DNA of 64,000 nt from a virus. A program made the translations under genes and the position numbers. The notes under the pieces are model-generated. The model was given only the letters and a program-made list of their open reading frames with translations, had not been told where the DNA came from and did not search any database. Shown here piece after piece: positions 43,691 through 55,929 of the stretch; the first letter of the stretch is position 1, and each line of letters opens with the position of its first letter. Location: positions 1-64,000 of the IMG/VR virus record IMGVR_UViG_3300031951_000022, one strand, 5' to 3'.

Positions 43691-44446
43691 ATTAATTTAT
43701 GATTGTTCGTCAATTTTAACTTTTACTTAAATTCCTAAGAGATTCACTATCTTCAGTCATTACTTTTTTGGCTATATTCATTTGATGCTCATAAGGATCA
43801 AATCCTGTTAATTGATAATAAAAATGAAATAATCGCTCAATTCTATTAGACGCATCATTCCATAACTTTTCGCCATCTTCACTACCGCCATCAATAGTAT
43901 CTCTATAATCTTGAATACAAGAAATAGCGATCATAATATCTTCAGCAAGAGTTGGTTTCATTTCTTTTTCCCATATTTTTTAAAGGTCGCATAAACGGTA
44001 ATACAAATAGCAATAGATTGAATAGCATACCAGAAGTATAATTCGTTCATTATCTCATTAAGACCCATACTTACCATCGCTAAATCCTTCTTTATAGCCG
44101 TCATCATATGCTGTTTCTATAACTATTCTGAGTAATGCCAACAATTCTTTAGGAATAGTTAAATTTTTGTTTCTTACAAATATTTGATTAATGTTGTGTT
44201 TTTCGATCCAATCGTCAAATTCTTTATTATTCATTTTTGGACAATTTCTTATAAGTTAATGGAGCAGGATGTTGTTTTCGTTCTGTGGCCGCAACTAATT
44301 CTCCGTCCTCGTTCATTACTGGTTTAGTTTTACCATTTTCTATAATTAGATGAAATGCCTCGCCAGTTTCAGTATCCGCCCAAACTACCCAATTTAATGG
44401 ATTACCATGAGCATCAAAAACAGAATATGAACAATGTTCGGGAACT

Positions 44447-44992
44447 TTAAGTATCATTTTTCTCTGGTTGATTCACAAAAGTAATGAAATTCTCAAGATT
44501 TTGAATATAATCTACTAATTCTGGAATAGTATTTAAATATCCATGTCTAATAACAGCACTATACATATTAATGTTCTTCGCCCCTTCAATATCTCCAAAT
44601 TTTGGATTAGCAGTAACCATCAATGTTTCTGTTGGCTTAAAATTTGTGTCTGTTTCTATGGTCTTATAAGCATCAAAATGAGGTTTGTAAACTTTGTGTT
44701 TATTTAAGTTAATAATATAGTTCCAATAAATATTATTAGATTCTGATATGGTTTTAATTAAATCATAAGAACCATTGCTTAATGCTAAACAATAATATCC
44801 ATTATCTTGCAAGAGTTTTATTCCTGCTGCACTATCTTCGTGGGCCGTTAAAGCATACCAACTATTAGGGAAAGAGTATGGAGAAAAATCTTTTTTATTT
44901 ACATGATCTACATAGTCTTGTATTTCTTGTCTGGATATGTTCCTCATATCAAAAACAGTACCAAAACAATCAAAAGCAATACATTTAATCAT
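44447..44992 (-). CDS. HAD-family hydrolase (haloacid dehalogenase type II-like)
   Basis: IAFDCFGTVFD, ALSNG, YKP, GDIEGA. Confidence 0.75.
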   Translation of the reverse strand: MIKCIAFDCFGTVFDMRNISRQEIQDYVDHVNKKDFSPYSFPNSWYALTAHEDSAAGIKLLQDNGYYCLALSNGSYDLIKTISESNNIYWNYIINLNKHKVYKPHFDAYKTIETDTNFKPTETLMVTANPKFGDIEGAKNINMYSAVIRHGYLNTIPELVDYIQNLENFITFVNQPEKNDT

Positions 44993-47900
44993 TTCTTTTC
45001 TCCGATAATACTATACAAAAAATCGGCCAATCCCTTAATTTGCTTGTTTCCATAGACAAATATTATTTTAGAATCACTATCATAGTGAGATAGTTCTATA
45101 ACGTGTTCATCAAAATGAGATTTAACTATAATTTTAATTTTATTATCTTGATCTTGATAGTAACCTGTTTCTGGACTATTCATGCTCAATTTTCCAAATT
45201 ATATTATGAAATGTTTTTTCTCCGTCCACGGCAGGATAACAATAGATCATAACCATAAATAAAGAACCGCCAAAATATAAAAATGTCATATCTCCAGTAA
45301 TATCAATCATTGGTTAATAATCCTTTTGGTCATACAGTTCTGGGTATTCTTTGGTTAGTTTGTCTCTAGGATCAAAGTCTTGATTAAATTCTTCACAAAC
45401 AAAAGCATAAAATTCATATCCTTCATATTCACTCTCTTGATAACGTCCCTGCTCTTTATCGTATTTAACAACAAGTTCTTTTAGTTTATTTAGAAAATCG
45501 GTTTGTTCAGCAGTTTTTCTAACTTTTTCTTTGTGAAGTTCTAATTCTTCTTGGGTTAATTGGTAAAAATAAATATCTGCCTCTTCTCTAATTTTGTCGG
45601 CTATTGCACTATTTAGTTCTTCATCACTCATAGAGTATAATAGTTTCCAACATTCATACAATTTATCTAAATTAGTCATTTCTTTTTCCCTATTATACAA
45701 TTTTAATATGCAGATATAACCATGAGATTATTTCAATAATTTTCCAAATACCAACAATAGACAATACAAACATAATAGCGAGTGGAAGTATCAGTCCTTT
45801 AAAATTAATATCAATCATTTATTTCTCCAACTATCATATATAATAGGTTGACCATTTTCATCTTGACCAATAATTGGCCTAGTATGACTCCAACCTTCTT
45901 TTGGTTTCTTGTCTCTAATAAAGTTGAAACAATCTTTTAGATTTTCCTTACTAAAAGACATAATATCATTTACATATTTAGTCAAATTTTGACTACCATC
46001 TTCAGTATAAATATTCCAATCGTTCTCCTTCATCCAGTTATTATATGCAATATGTGCAGATCTACTACTTTTAAAGCTATCAATCAATCTAAACTCAAAA
46101 ATATCAATTCGTCTAATAATATCTTGTCCATAAACCAATTCGTTGCCTTGTGGTTTTCCATATTTCTGATTATATGTCATTTACATTTTCCTTTTGTCTC
46201 AATCATATCGTCTACAATAACTTGATTGCATTTATATCCACACAAATAATGATGATTATTAGCCAGAACTATTTTTCGCCATGTACTCTGAAATGCTTCT
46301 GGATTTTCACTAATCCAAGCACGATAAATTTCACAGGCTTTTTTAACTGTGTCAAATTGATCAACTATCCAAAATTGAGTGGTGATATTTTCTTTTTCGA
46401 TTTGTCTTAAAATATAGTTTCCATACAGAAACTCATTACCTTGTGGTTGGCCGTATTTTTCAGTAAGAGTTAGATTCATTTTTCTTTCCATGACATTGAA
46501 TTACTCCAAATTCATCAACATAACAATTGTCTAATGATTTTGTTCTTTCCACTAATTTTTCAATTCCACCAACCGGCCCGTCTACTATTTCTTTCATGAT
46601 TTTATTACATTCAATAATACTGTTATAAAGAATCATGATCTCTTCATATTTATCGTCTGGTATTGAGCCAAGAGGTAATGGAATTATACCCAATCTTTGC
46701 AAATTGTCAAGTTGTTCCTGTAAGATTGTTTTGATATCGTCAATATCTTCGTTAGTCATTATTTTTTTCCAGTTTTTTCATATCTTCTTTTAGTCTTTTA
46801 TGAAAACATTCTTCTCCATCATCATCAGAAAGTAGCCAATCAATCCTTTGAGCATAAATGGCTGCTTTTTTAATAAGATTAACGGCATTACGAAATTCTA
46901 CAATTGTAAGAGGATCTTTAAAATCCCACTGAAGATTATCGTCCCATTCTGATTTTTTCTTATTTTCATAATCCAGAATAACTTGTTCAATACTATCAGC
47001 GATAGCATTTAGTTCATATTGTTTGTAATCAAAATATCCACCGCTCATAAGTTTTTCTCCAAAAAGAATTTAGTCATTATTGATTTTCCTTCATCCATTC
47101 ATAGAAAGCCTTGTTCGCATCAAGATAGTTATCGAAATAGGCCACCTTTTTAAATCTATGCACTCCAACCATTCTGAGAATTAAACGTCCCCAAATCAAT
47201 TCATTGCCTTCTGGCTTGCCCCACATTTCAGTATACTTCATTCTACTTCCCAACTTTCAATTTCCATATCATAATATCCATTACGATAGTACGAAGTATC
47301 ACCATAGCGTTCTCTTTTACCTTTAGCCAATTTATTATCAGATACAAACTTTGTTGCATCACTAAAGTCTGAGAATACTTGTACAATTTCCTTATCTGGA
47401 TGGGGCAAAAACGGCCCACCTATTTCATCTTGAAAAACATTTTCTTTTGTGCCAATAACAATATAAACTATCATTTCTTTTCTCTAATAGTTTCCCACGA
47501 ACAATTTGGAGGCATAAGTTCTGGTTCTGAAAATGTTATTTTTGTAACCCTAATATTTTCATCAAACACAACAGCAGGGCCAGTAAAAGTAGCCTTTATA
47601 GTATTATTAAATTCTAATGTCACAGACTGTATCATGCTATTTGTTTTTATAGTTTTAATTTCCTTATTAAGTTTATTTATCACTATATCAGGCTCAAGAA
47701 TACTATCTTCTATTTGTTGTTTAGAAAATTTCATTATTTTTTGCAATGGTTTTGATTAATTTTATTGCTTCTATTAAAGTTGCATTTTCACAATCCCTTT
47801 TACAAAAAGAACTGTGACTTTGACCACAAGGCCCAGTACAGTTTATTTTACGCAATTCTTCTAGTCTGTCAACTAATGGTTTTTTAAGCCATTCGGCGGG

Positions 47901-49587
47901 ATTGTTGTATATTGTATTCATTTCTTTTCCTCAATAGTTTCCTTTAACAAACTAATAGCCGTTTCTAAAAATGAATAATAATCGGCCAATCCCCAACTAT
48001 CCTCATTAAACATAGAACGATAGTCTGTTAAAAATTCTTTAATATTATTTTCAAGTTGAATGTTCATTATTTTGCTCCAGCATATTATTCAAATATTTAG
48101 CTAAATTTTCCACATCAGTTTCAGTCCAAGAATAAAAATTTACATTAATAGTGCGACTGTTACCAAAATGCTCAATATCCAGTTGATAACTTTCCAGAGC
48201 GTCAAGAATTAGACCAACCTCATGCTTATCAAGATTAATATTCATTAGTTTTCATTTCTTTTGATTTGTGGTTTATTTGCCACTAAAGGCTATTTGATTT
48301 CTTGGTTCAGTGGGTTTTTTACCACCTATTTGTCTTAAAAGAATATGAGCATTAGTATAATTTGGGTCATTTTTAGACCGTTTTTCTACCAAATACCATC
48401 CTAGAACTTGTTGTAAAAGTTCCATTTCACTATCGGTCAAAAGAATAGATTTATACATTTTTCCCCTAGAATAATCAACTTCACCATATTACTACTAGTA
48501 GCAGTATATCCTATGGGTAGTAGGTTGTCAATGGGGATTATCGGTCATTTCCCGCAGTGGTCTTTAATTAGTTTTTTCACCACGGGTAATAGCGATAAGT
48601 TAAAACGGCGAAAATAAAGGCGAAAGTTAATGCTAAAACTTAATCAGCGTTCGCTTTTGGTGGAAATGTCAGATGGAAATGTGGTAAAAGCTTGGTTTTT
48701 ATAGGGGGTTGAATATAATTTCTGAACAAAATATGGCACAGAAAGCATTGAAACTATGGTGCAGAGAGTGATAAATATCAGTGAATTGATAAAAGGCTGA
48801 TGAAATTGTCTCATTTTGTATTTTCCCCTTTTACTATAAAGTAGGTGGCTATGGTGCAGAAAATGTATGTGGATAGTAGTATGATGTAGAATGTTGTTTC
48901 AGTCATGACCATATTCATTATATAAAAAGATATAACATAAACCAAAAAATGCTAAACAGACCGGGAAAATTATGTGACTATATTGATGCAAATATCCTAA
49001 GTTATGGTGAGCCATAATATTTCATGATTCTGTATAGTAGTGTTAGTGATATTACTATTGTTGATCCAATTATAAATCCCCTAGTAAATTCATCGTGAAT
49101 TAATGTGGGGCAAAGCGGCCTATTGACAATACTAGATAGAAGTGGTATAATACCATTCATCAGTCCAATCCCATTAGTTCCTTTAGTCTTTTCCACATAG
49201 ACTTGGAGGGAATAGTATTAATATCAGTTGAAGGAATGACCGGAGTTGGTTCGCCACAAACCTTTTCTCTAGAGCATTTCCTTGCACAACTTTTCTTAGT
49301 ACTAGATTTTACTTTTTTCTTAACGGGCTTAATTTTTTTCTTTGCCATATTTCTCACTGACTGTTCTCATAATTCAAATCTATTATATTAGGTGAGACTA
49401 TCGCCTTGGTATGTTATTTTAGGTAAAGGGTTATCTTCAGCATAGTCTGATACTTTTTGTAACTTGACCACTAGAAGTAAACTATCTTTTTCTTCATTAG
49501 GCACTGATCCTACTAGTCTTACTATGTCTGAAAATAATTTTCCGGGGTTAATATCTAGAGTTTGTAATTTATAATAAACCATAAAAT

Positions 49588-49638
49588 CTCGCTGACTACG
49601 ATCAAAAAAATCAAACCCGACAAGATAGGCTGAGACAA
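49588..49638. repeat. ~50-bp CTCGCTGACTA...GAGACAA element, copy 1 of 4
   Basis: Other copies at 50409-50457, 51211-51258 and 60857-60906. Confidence 0.75.
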
Positions 49639-51421
49639 TCCCATGACCTATCTTACCGGGCCTATAAAATTTACTAACTATAAGTTAAGGAAAAATTCAC
49701 TATCCGGAGTTTTCCACTTATGAATTTTGGGTAGTTTAATAGCTTTAGTTATTCTACCCCTATTGTCTTTGTGGTGAGCTATAATATGAATTTTACCATC
49801 TTCATTTCTAAAGCTCCAATTGTAGTTTCTAATTATGTTTTCGGGACTAGTTTCATTATCATATATCTCACCCATTATATGAAATGTAATAACCCGATTA
49901 AATAGTCTAGGCATTGGTGGCCTCCTCTATTAATTCTTCGATATGAATATCGCTCATTAACATAGGATCACGCCGCATAATTTCATACTCTAATTCTTCA
50001 TTAGACATATAGTGCTTATCTTGCATCAAGCATTCTTTTAGTCTGCTTTTTATATCCAAAAAATGCATACCACCAACTATATCATCAACATATCTTTCAA
50101 TAACATAATCACGGTTGAAACTATCAATCTTATACATAGGTCACCTCATAGAAAAGTTAAAAAATACTCATCTATGATTCCAATTGTTCCCCATCGCCAC
50201 AACGGGTAACTATCGGCTCCGTAGTTATATTGTATTTTACTTGACGAGATGAAGAGGTCAAATCTTTTTTCTTATGTTGTCATCTTAATCCTATTCATGG
50301 TGGTGGTTAAAGTGGTGTTCGTGATGACCCGTGAATTTTAAAAAAATGTCCTATAAGTTGACCAGTAAGCCTTAGGAGTGGTTTTATGATTCTCAAGAGC
50401 CTTCAACTCTCGCTGACTATGTCCAACCAGGCGAATCCGGCGGATGGGCTGAGACAATTAGTTAAAGTTTTCTAAGAACTTAAGTTGTATTTAACAAAAA
50501 GTTTTGGGCTTGACAGCACTAGATGAGAGATTATATATTATGCAGAGGGGGCATTAATCATTACTTAGTTATTTATATCTCTTACTCCTAGTATAACTCC
50601 TAAGATTCCACTCAGAGCAAAAGTAATAGTTAGCATAAGAATCCTTTAAGAATGAACAAACTGGACAACCAACTTCCCCATTGTACCATAAAACAGACAG
50701 TACGCAACCCCAAGCGCCACAAGGAGTTGTAAACTGTCAAGAAGTTTGATACAGTCCAATAGTGATATTATCATCCCTATAGACATCACCAAATTCAAAA
50801 TCGGGCATTTCTATATTAGGATCAAATTCAGTAATAAATTCTCTTGCATAAGCCACAGCATCAGAAGAATTATTGAATACTTTAACTTGAGCAACACTAT
50901 TATCTTGACAATAAACAAAAGCCCACATGTTTAGTCCTCCAGAATATCAGGATAGTATTCTTTAATTTCTTTCTGTAAATCCCCAATACTCATATTCTCC
51001 TTATTCTCAACCAACATACTATAAGCAAAAGAGTACAGAGTATCAAAGTCCATATCTTCTAAGAGTCTTGAAGCATACACACGAACAATATCAGTAATAT
51101 TATCTTCAGTTATTTTAATCATCTCAACCTTTCCTTTCTCTGCACCACCACTATACCATATCGTCCTACAGTATACAAGACCTTTAGTAAAACTCAAATG
51201 CCCCAATATTCTCGCTGACTATCTTCAAATTGCGAATCCGTAGGATGGGGTGCGACAACAATAACTGTTAACTTTTTATATTGGGTTAGGATTATATCAT
51301 TCGTCATAAGTCTTTTCATAATTTCACCTAAACCCTTGACAGCACTACACTTACACCTCATTGTATCGTCACTTACAGCAAGAGTCTATAGCGTAAGTGT
51401 GAGATTCTTTGACAAAATTGA

Positions 51422-51503
51422 CGTAAGTGGTTGTCAGAATTAAACTTACGACAAAATCCGGCGGCCCCGCCCGCCATAAGTCCCCTTGGGCAAAGGACTT
51501 ACG
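51422..51503. repeat. 82-bp double-palindrome module, copy 1 of 8
   Basis: C(G/C)TAAGT-N15-ACTTACG, 24-bp GC-rich spacer, CCTAAGT-N15-ACTTA(C/G)G; other copies start at 52582, 55621, 57345, 58077, 61108, 62042 and 63044. Confidence 0.9.
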
Positions 51504-51533
51504 ACGAGTTTCGGGGTCTCGATTTTACGCTAT

Positions 51534-52487
51534 TCAGACCGCATTAGCAAAATCCATAGCGATATTTAGTGCCTTGAGATTATCGTTGGCATTTTGACCG
51601 AACCATAGAGAGTCGAGCCGATTATCGGTCGTGCGACCTTTACTGTAGTTAAGATATTCATTAAAGCCATTGTAAGCAGCCCACCAAGTTCCACGAACAT
51701 TAGTAGCAGCTTGCTTCGGCCCTTCGACGCGAGACAGAATATCATCCATGATATTGCGGGTACGAGTCTTAATATCTTCATCAACCGTCTTGTCGATACC
51801 AAGTACCATCTTAACGTACTTCTTAATATCGTTCTGATTAAAGTTCTTAGAAGCGAGGAATCGGAACTGTTCTGCCGTAGCTTCAAACTCGGCATTAATA
51901 TTGTCCATAATATCACGCACGTTATCCAGATTATTTTTACTGGAGCGAGTGTGACGAATACGAATCAGTTTACTAGCCTTGTTATGATGAGCAGCAGCCA
52001 GAGTGTTGACACAGACCACACGAATCGGAGTATATCCGACACGAATAGCCGTTGTACCATCATGGCTATTACTCAGCAGGATAAACTTACAAACTTCATC
52101 ACCCTTAACAATTTCGCTATTGTCTCGGTTGAGTTGAGCAAGAACCCAAACTTTCTGACCGCTATGGAGCGAACCGGCAGTATGCAGATTGCACTCGCCA
52201 GCGTCAAGAAACGGCTGAAACCAATCAAAAGCATCCTGATTCTGGAGGGGCGTATAACGAGGCCCAACAACCCCAAGGATGCTATTATCAGTCTTGCGGT
52301 ATGTAGCACGGTGCGATACGTGAATACCGTCAACGGTTTGCAAATCCTTCAAGCCTACTTCCCAATCCAGACCGGCAGCAGTAATAGCTTCGCTAATCGT
52401 GGGGGCTTCATCCAACTGATTGCCAAGGCCATGCCAAGGGGTAGCACCAACAAACATCATTTTTTCAACAGCAGCAGGCATAATCAA
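51534..52487 (-). CDS. DUF932 family phage/plasmid protein
   Basis: PWHGLG, AGLDWEV, Y.PLQN, TAGSL..G, NSHDG, PIRVVCVNTL, RHT. Confidence 0.9.
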   Translation of the reverse strand: MIMPAAVEKMMFVGATPWHGLGNQLDEAPTISEAITAAGLDWEVGLKDLQTVDGIHVSHRATYRKTDNSILGVVGPRYTPLQNQDAFDWFQPFLDAGECNLHTAGSLHSGQKVWVLAQLNRDNSEIVKGDEVCKFILLSNSHDGTTAIRVGYTPIRVVCVNTLAAAHHNKASKLIRIRHTRSSKNNLDNVRDIMDNINAEFEATAEQFRFLASKNFNQNDIKKYVKMVLGIDKTVDEDIKTRTRNIMDDILSRVEGPKQAATNVRGTWWAAYNGFNEYLNYSKGRTTDNRLDSLWFGQNANDNLKALNIAMDFANAV

Positions 52488-52635
52488 CCCTTTCGTGTTA
52501 TCTACTTTCGTTCTTCCGATACTCTGATTCTACTATATCTTATCGGCGTGTCAAGAGGAAAACTTGCGAAAAAAATCTCGTCGTAAGTGGTTGAAAATAC
52601 TGGACTTACGACTTGCCGGCCCCGCCGCCTTGCTC

Positions 52636-53151
52636 CTAACCCTTTGGGGCGTAAGGGTTTAGGAGGCTCATGTTGTAGTCTTTTTCAAATAATTTGATAT
52701 TTTTTAATGTATAAGCACATTCATCTGGGATATAACAATAAAGTCCTACACACCTTGCCCTTTCATATTCGCGTGAGATAGTCCGGTTAATATGCCTAAG
52801 AGTATCGCCACTACATATAAGATCATCAAGGATGATATACCTAAAAGGTGCAACTCCCTCCATAGTGAATTCTGAATATCTTTTTTCTGAATCTTTTCTA
52901 ACAATCAGAATATGTTTATCCAGCAGTTCCGCCACTTGTGGAACAACCATGAGGCCACTGGTACCACAACAAGCAATAGTATCAAACTGATTAGAGATTT
53001 TTCTTAAATCACATACAGCTTTGATAATAATCTTATTACGTTCCCGATGATTTAATACTCTGCAAGTATGGTCAGCTCCTTGAATATACTGTCCGTCGTT
53101 TGTTTTACGGAAGTCTTCAACATCGTGCCAATTTTTAGTGATATCTTGCAT
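52636..53151 (-). CDS. phosphoribosyltransferase-domain protein
   Basis: YIILDDLICSGDT PRPP-binding loop; SG and VRK motifs. Confidence 0.8.
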   Translation of the reverse strand: MQDITKNWHDVEDFRKTNDGQYIQGADHTCRVLNHRERNKIIIKAVCDLRKISNQFDTIACCGTSGLMVVPQVAELLDKHILIVRKDSEKRYSEFTMEGVAPFRYIILDDLICSGDTLRHINRTISREYERARCVGLYCYIPDECAYTLKNIKLFEKDYNMSLLNPYAPKG

Positions 53152-53157
53152 AGTTAA

Positions 53158-53249
53158 AGCGGACGATACGATTCGAACGTACTAATGAAAAGAAGGAGAA
53201 AGGAGTTTTCCTTATAAAGAATTACTTGTCCCACCAAGCTGCGTCCGCC
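53158..53249 (-). ncRNA. tRNA-like RNA with pyrimidine-rich insert
   Basis: GCGGACG/CGTCCGC stem, GCTTG-GTGGGA-CAAGT D-like arm, GTACG-TTCGAAT-CGTAT T-arm; no regular anticodon arm. Confidence 0.6.
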
Positions 53250-53464
53250 GAGGAGAAAGACTACTCATCTACCAATTCATCTGCAATGTTATGATAATAA
53301 TTATCCCATTCTGGAGTACTGTCTACGACATCAGTATCATCTTCATATAAATATAAATCGTCATAGTTGGATGCAAGATTATCGTAATCATGATCGTATT
53401 CGTCGTAGTAACTCATAACATCTCCTATAAACCTATCTTACACCATCTAGAGAAACTTGTCAAG

Positions 53465-53537
53465 TGGGCCCCCAGGGACTCGAACCCTGAACCTAAGAGT
53501 TAAAAGCTCCTTGCTCTGCCAATTGAGCTAGAGGCCC
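53465..53537 (-). tRNA. tRNA-Lys(UUU)
   Basis: Cloverleaf; AGGAG-CT-TTT-AA-CTCTT. Confidence 0.95.
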
Positions 53538-53759
53538 GAACCTTATTCTACAACAGAGTAACTATAACTATCCACATCATCCATATAAGCAGCCTGTACC
53601 CTGTCAAATACATCCATATAATTAAAGTCAAGACTATCCATAGATATAATCAAATCGGTCAAACTCTGTCCTTCACTATTAAGAATATCATAGATATGAA
53701 CATTCTTCATCTATTCTCTCCTTTTTGATTATCATACCGTGTCCGAATCATTCTGTCAA

Positions 53760-53831
53760 TAGCCCTATGGAGAATCGAACTCCAATCTCCACCTTGAAAG
53801 GGTGGCGTCATAGCCATTAGACTATAGGGCC
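53760..53831 (-). tRNA. tRNA-Glu(UUC)
   Basis: Cloverleaf; CCACC-CT-TTC-AA-GGTGG. Confidence 0.95.
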
Positions 53832-53865
53832 ACAAACCATCGTAACTCTAACGTCAGCCTCCGAA

Positions 53866-53939
53866 TAGGGCGTGTAGGAGTCGAACCTACCTTTTGAATA
53901 CCTTATAAGAGTATGTGCAACTACCGGCTGCAACGCCCC
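53866..53939 (-). tRNA. tRNA-Ile(UAU), atypical D-arm
   Basis: ATACT-CT-TAT-AA-GGTAT; T-arm GTAGG-TTCGACT-CCTAC; promoter at 53951-53979. Confidence 0.75.
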
Positions 53940-53991
53940 ATGTTTCTTAGATCATACTCTCTTTATCGGCTGTTGTCAACTACTTCTTTAG

Positions 53992-54078
53992 CGGAATCTG
54001 AGGGATTCGAACCCCCGGAGGATTTTAACCCTCGGCGGTTTAGTAAACCGCTGCCTTAAACCACTCGGCCAAGATTCC
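53992..54078 (-). tRNA. tRNA-Ser(ACU)
   Basis: GCGGT-TT-ACT-AA-ACCGC, long variable arm, G73. Confidence 0.85.
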
Positions 54079-54080
54079 AA

Positions 54081-54151
54081 CAAAGGCGGAAGGAATCGAA
54101 CCTTCATCTACGGTTTTGGAGACCGTCATTCTACCGTTGAACTACGCCAAT
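54081..54151 (-). tRNA. tRNA-Trp(CCA) with two U-U mismatches in the acceptor stem
   Basis: ACGGT-CT-CCA-AA-ACCGT; acceptor ATTGGCG/CGCCTTT. Confidence 0.75.
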
Positions 54152-54154
54152 AAA

Positions 54155-54226
54155 CTGCCCGACTAGGACTCGAACCTAGAACCTACAAATTAACAGTTTG
54201 CCGCACTACCATTGTGCTATCGGGCA
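54155..54226 (-). tRNA. tRNA-Asn(GUU)
   Basis: GCAAA-CT-GTT-AA-TTTGT. Confidence 0.95.
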
Positions 54227-54294
54227 ATAACTTGGTGTATAAAATGGTAACACACCATACAAGTATACACCTATTCTACCAAAAGGATTCATAA

Positions 54295-54801
54295 ATGCAA
54301 GCCAAACCAAGAAAAAATCGTAGTAAAATATGGTCAATGCCAGTAGATGATTTTAAATTATTAGTATCACAAAGTTCTACAATAGGCGAAATTTTATCAT
54401 ATTTTAAATTACGAAATAAAGGAGGTAATAGTAATACAGTTAAAAGACGTATTAAATATGAAAATATTGATATATCTCATATAAAACTTGGTAAAGGGTC
54501 CAATAAAGGTAGAACATTTAAACCCCGAAGATCCAATCAAGAACTTTTTACAAAAACATCTAATGCTCAAAACAAAGATCTAAAAAAGAGAATCTTAAAA
54601 GATAAACTATTACCATACCAATGTGAGTGTGGTTTATCACATACATGGAATAATAAACCATTAATATTACAACTAGATCATATCAATGGAAATCCACAAG
54701 ATAATAGGCTATCAAATTTACGATTTCTATGCCCAAACTGTCACAGTCAAACAGAAACATATGCTTCAAAAACTAGATGCCCGGCTAGGAGTCGAACCTA
54801 G
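54295..54801 (+). CDS. HNH endonuclease inserted in the tRNA cluster
   Basis: LQLDHINGN.DNRLSNLRFLCPNCHSQT. Confidence 0.9.
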   Translation: MQAKPRKNRSKIWSMPVDDFKLLVSQSSTIGEILSYFKLRNKGGNSNTVKRRIKYENIDISHIKLGKGSNKGRTFKPRRSNQELFTKTSNAQNKDLKKRILKDKLLPYQCECGLSHTWNNKPLILQLDHINGNPQDNRLSNLRFLCPNCHSQTETYASKTRCPARSRT

Positions 54802-54849
54802 AACCCGCTGGTCCAAAGCCAGCTGCTCTACCAATTAAGCTACCGGGCA
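54777..54849 (-). tRNA. tRNA-Gln(UUG)
   Basis: GCTGG-CT-TTG-GA-CCAGC. Confidence 0.9.
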
Positions 54850-55068
54850 ATTATTATTTATCTCTATGAGAACCACTATCTTTCCTACTATCTCTCAAAT
54901 ACTTAGCCGCCTCTATCATCCAATATCCCATTTTTTCAATTTTATCTGCTTCTTTACCAGTAAGGTATGATGCAGTATGAATAAAAATATACTCTATCTT
55001 ACCTTTAGATACTATATCTAGTACCCCAACTGTACTATCAATAAATTGTTCTGGTTTTTTCATATCTA

Positions 55069-55140
55069 AGCCCACAGAGGGAATTGAACCCCCATCCGAT
55101 GATTACAAATCAACTGTAATAGCCATTATACTATGCGGGC
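55069..55140 (-). tRNA. tRNA-Thr(UGU)
   Basis: GTTGA-TT-TGT-AA-TCATC. Confidence 0.9.
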
Positions 55141-55929
55141 AGACTACATATCATACTCATTACGCCATGCTCTGTCAATATCTTGACGTGTACGCTGGCG
55201 TTTGGGTCTGTTGTCCATAAGCGTATCTCGGTGTTCGCGGTGGCCCGTTGGGAGTTCCCACTGGTGTTTGGTTTTGACCTTGATATTGCCGTACTTGCGG
55301 CGAGGACGCATATCGTCGTTGTTCTGGGGCGTAATCATACCATAATCCATCTTCGTGTTTATAAAAAACCTTATCTACGTTAGGGTCATACGCCATTAAG
55401 CAGTATTGTATAGGATAAATTACCTTTGTCAACTCTTTTTTTTCTTGCAGAGCTGGCAGTTTAATTTCACCCTTTTGATAATCTTTTACACCATTCCACA
55501 CAAAACCGATCAAAGCAATAGCTACGCCAATCCATTGTATCATACGTTCATTCCATGTCAAGAGCCTTTTCCGTCCCATAGAAGAATTATCGGCCATCTC
55601 CTTTTCAATCTTTAGCTTTTCCTAAGTCTTTGCGGGGCAACAACTTACGGCAAATCGGGCCGGCCCGGCCACGCCTAAGTCCTTACGTGGCAACGGGTTA
55701 CGATCACTTTTCCATAGTCCACTTAGCCTTTTTCACAACCTTCTCTGTTTTATATACCTTAGTATCTGGTAATGCTGAAACATAGTCTTTAAATCCACGC
55801 TCATCTATATAAAAATACTCATCTAATATATCAAACTTATTAGTTTCCCATAAAGCGTCACACGCTGCCCCAAGAGGACTTTTATTAGTAGAATAAATAA
55901 GTTCTAAGGTGTTGCTCTTAATATAATAC

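Noticed and set aside
49588-51258. Hammerhead or HDV-like ribozyme for the CTCGCTGACTA repeat
   Set aside because: The required stems and catalytic cores could not be built on either strand.
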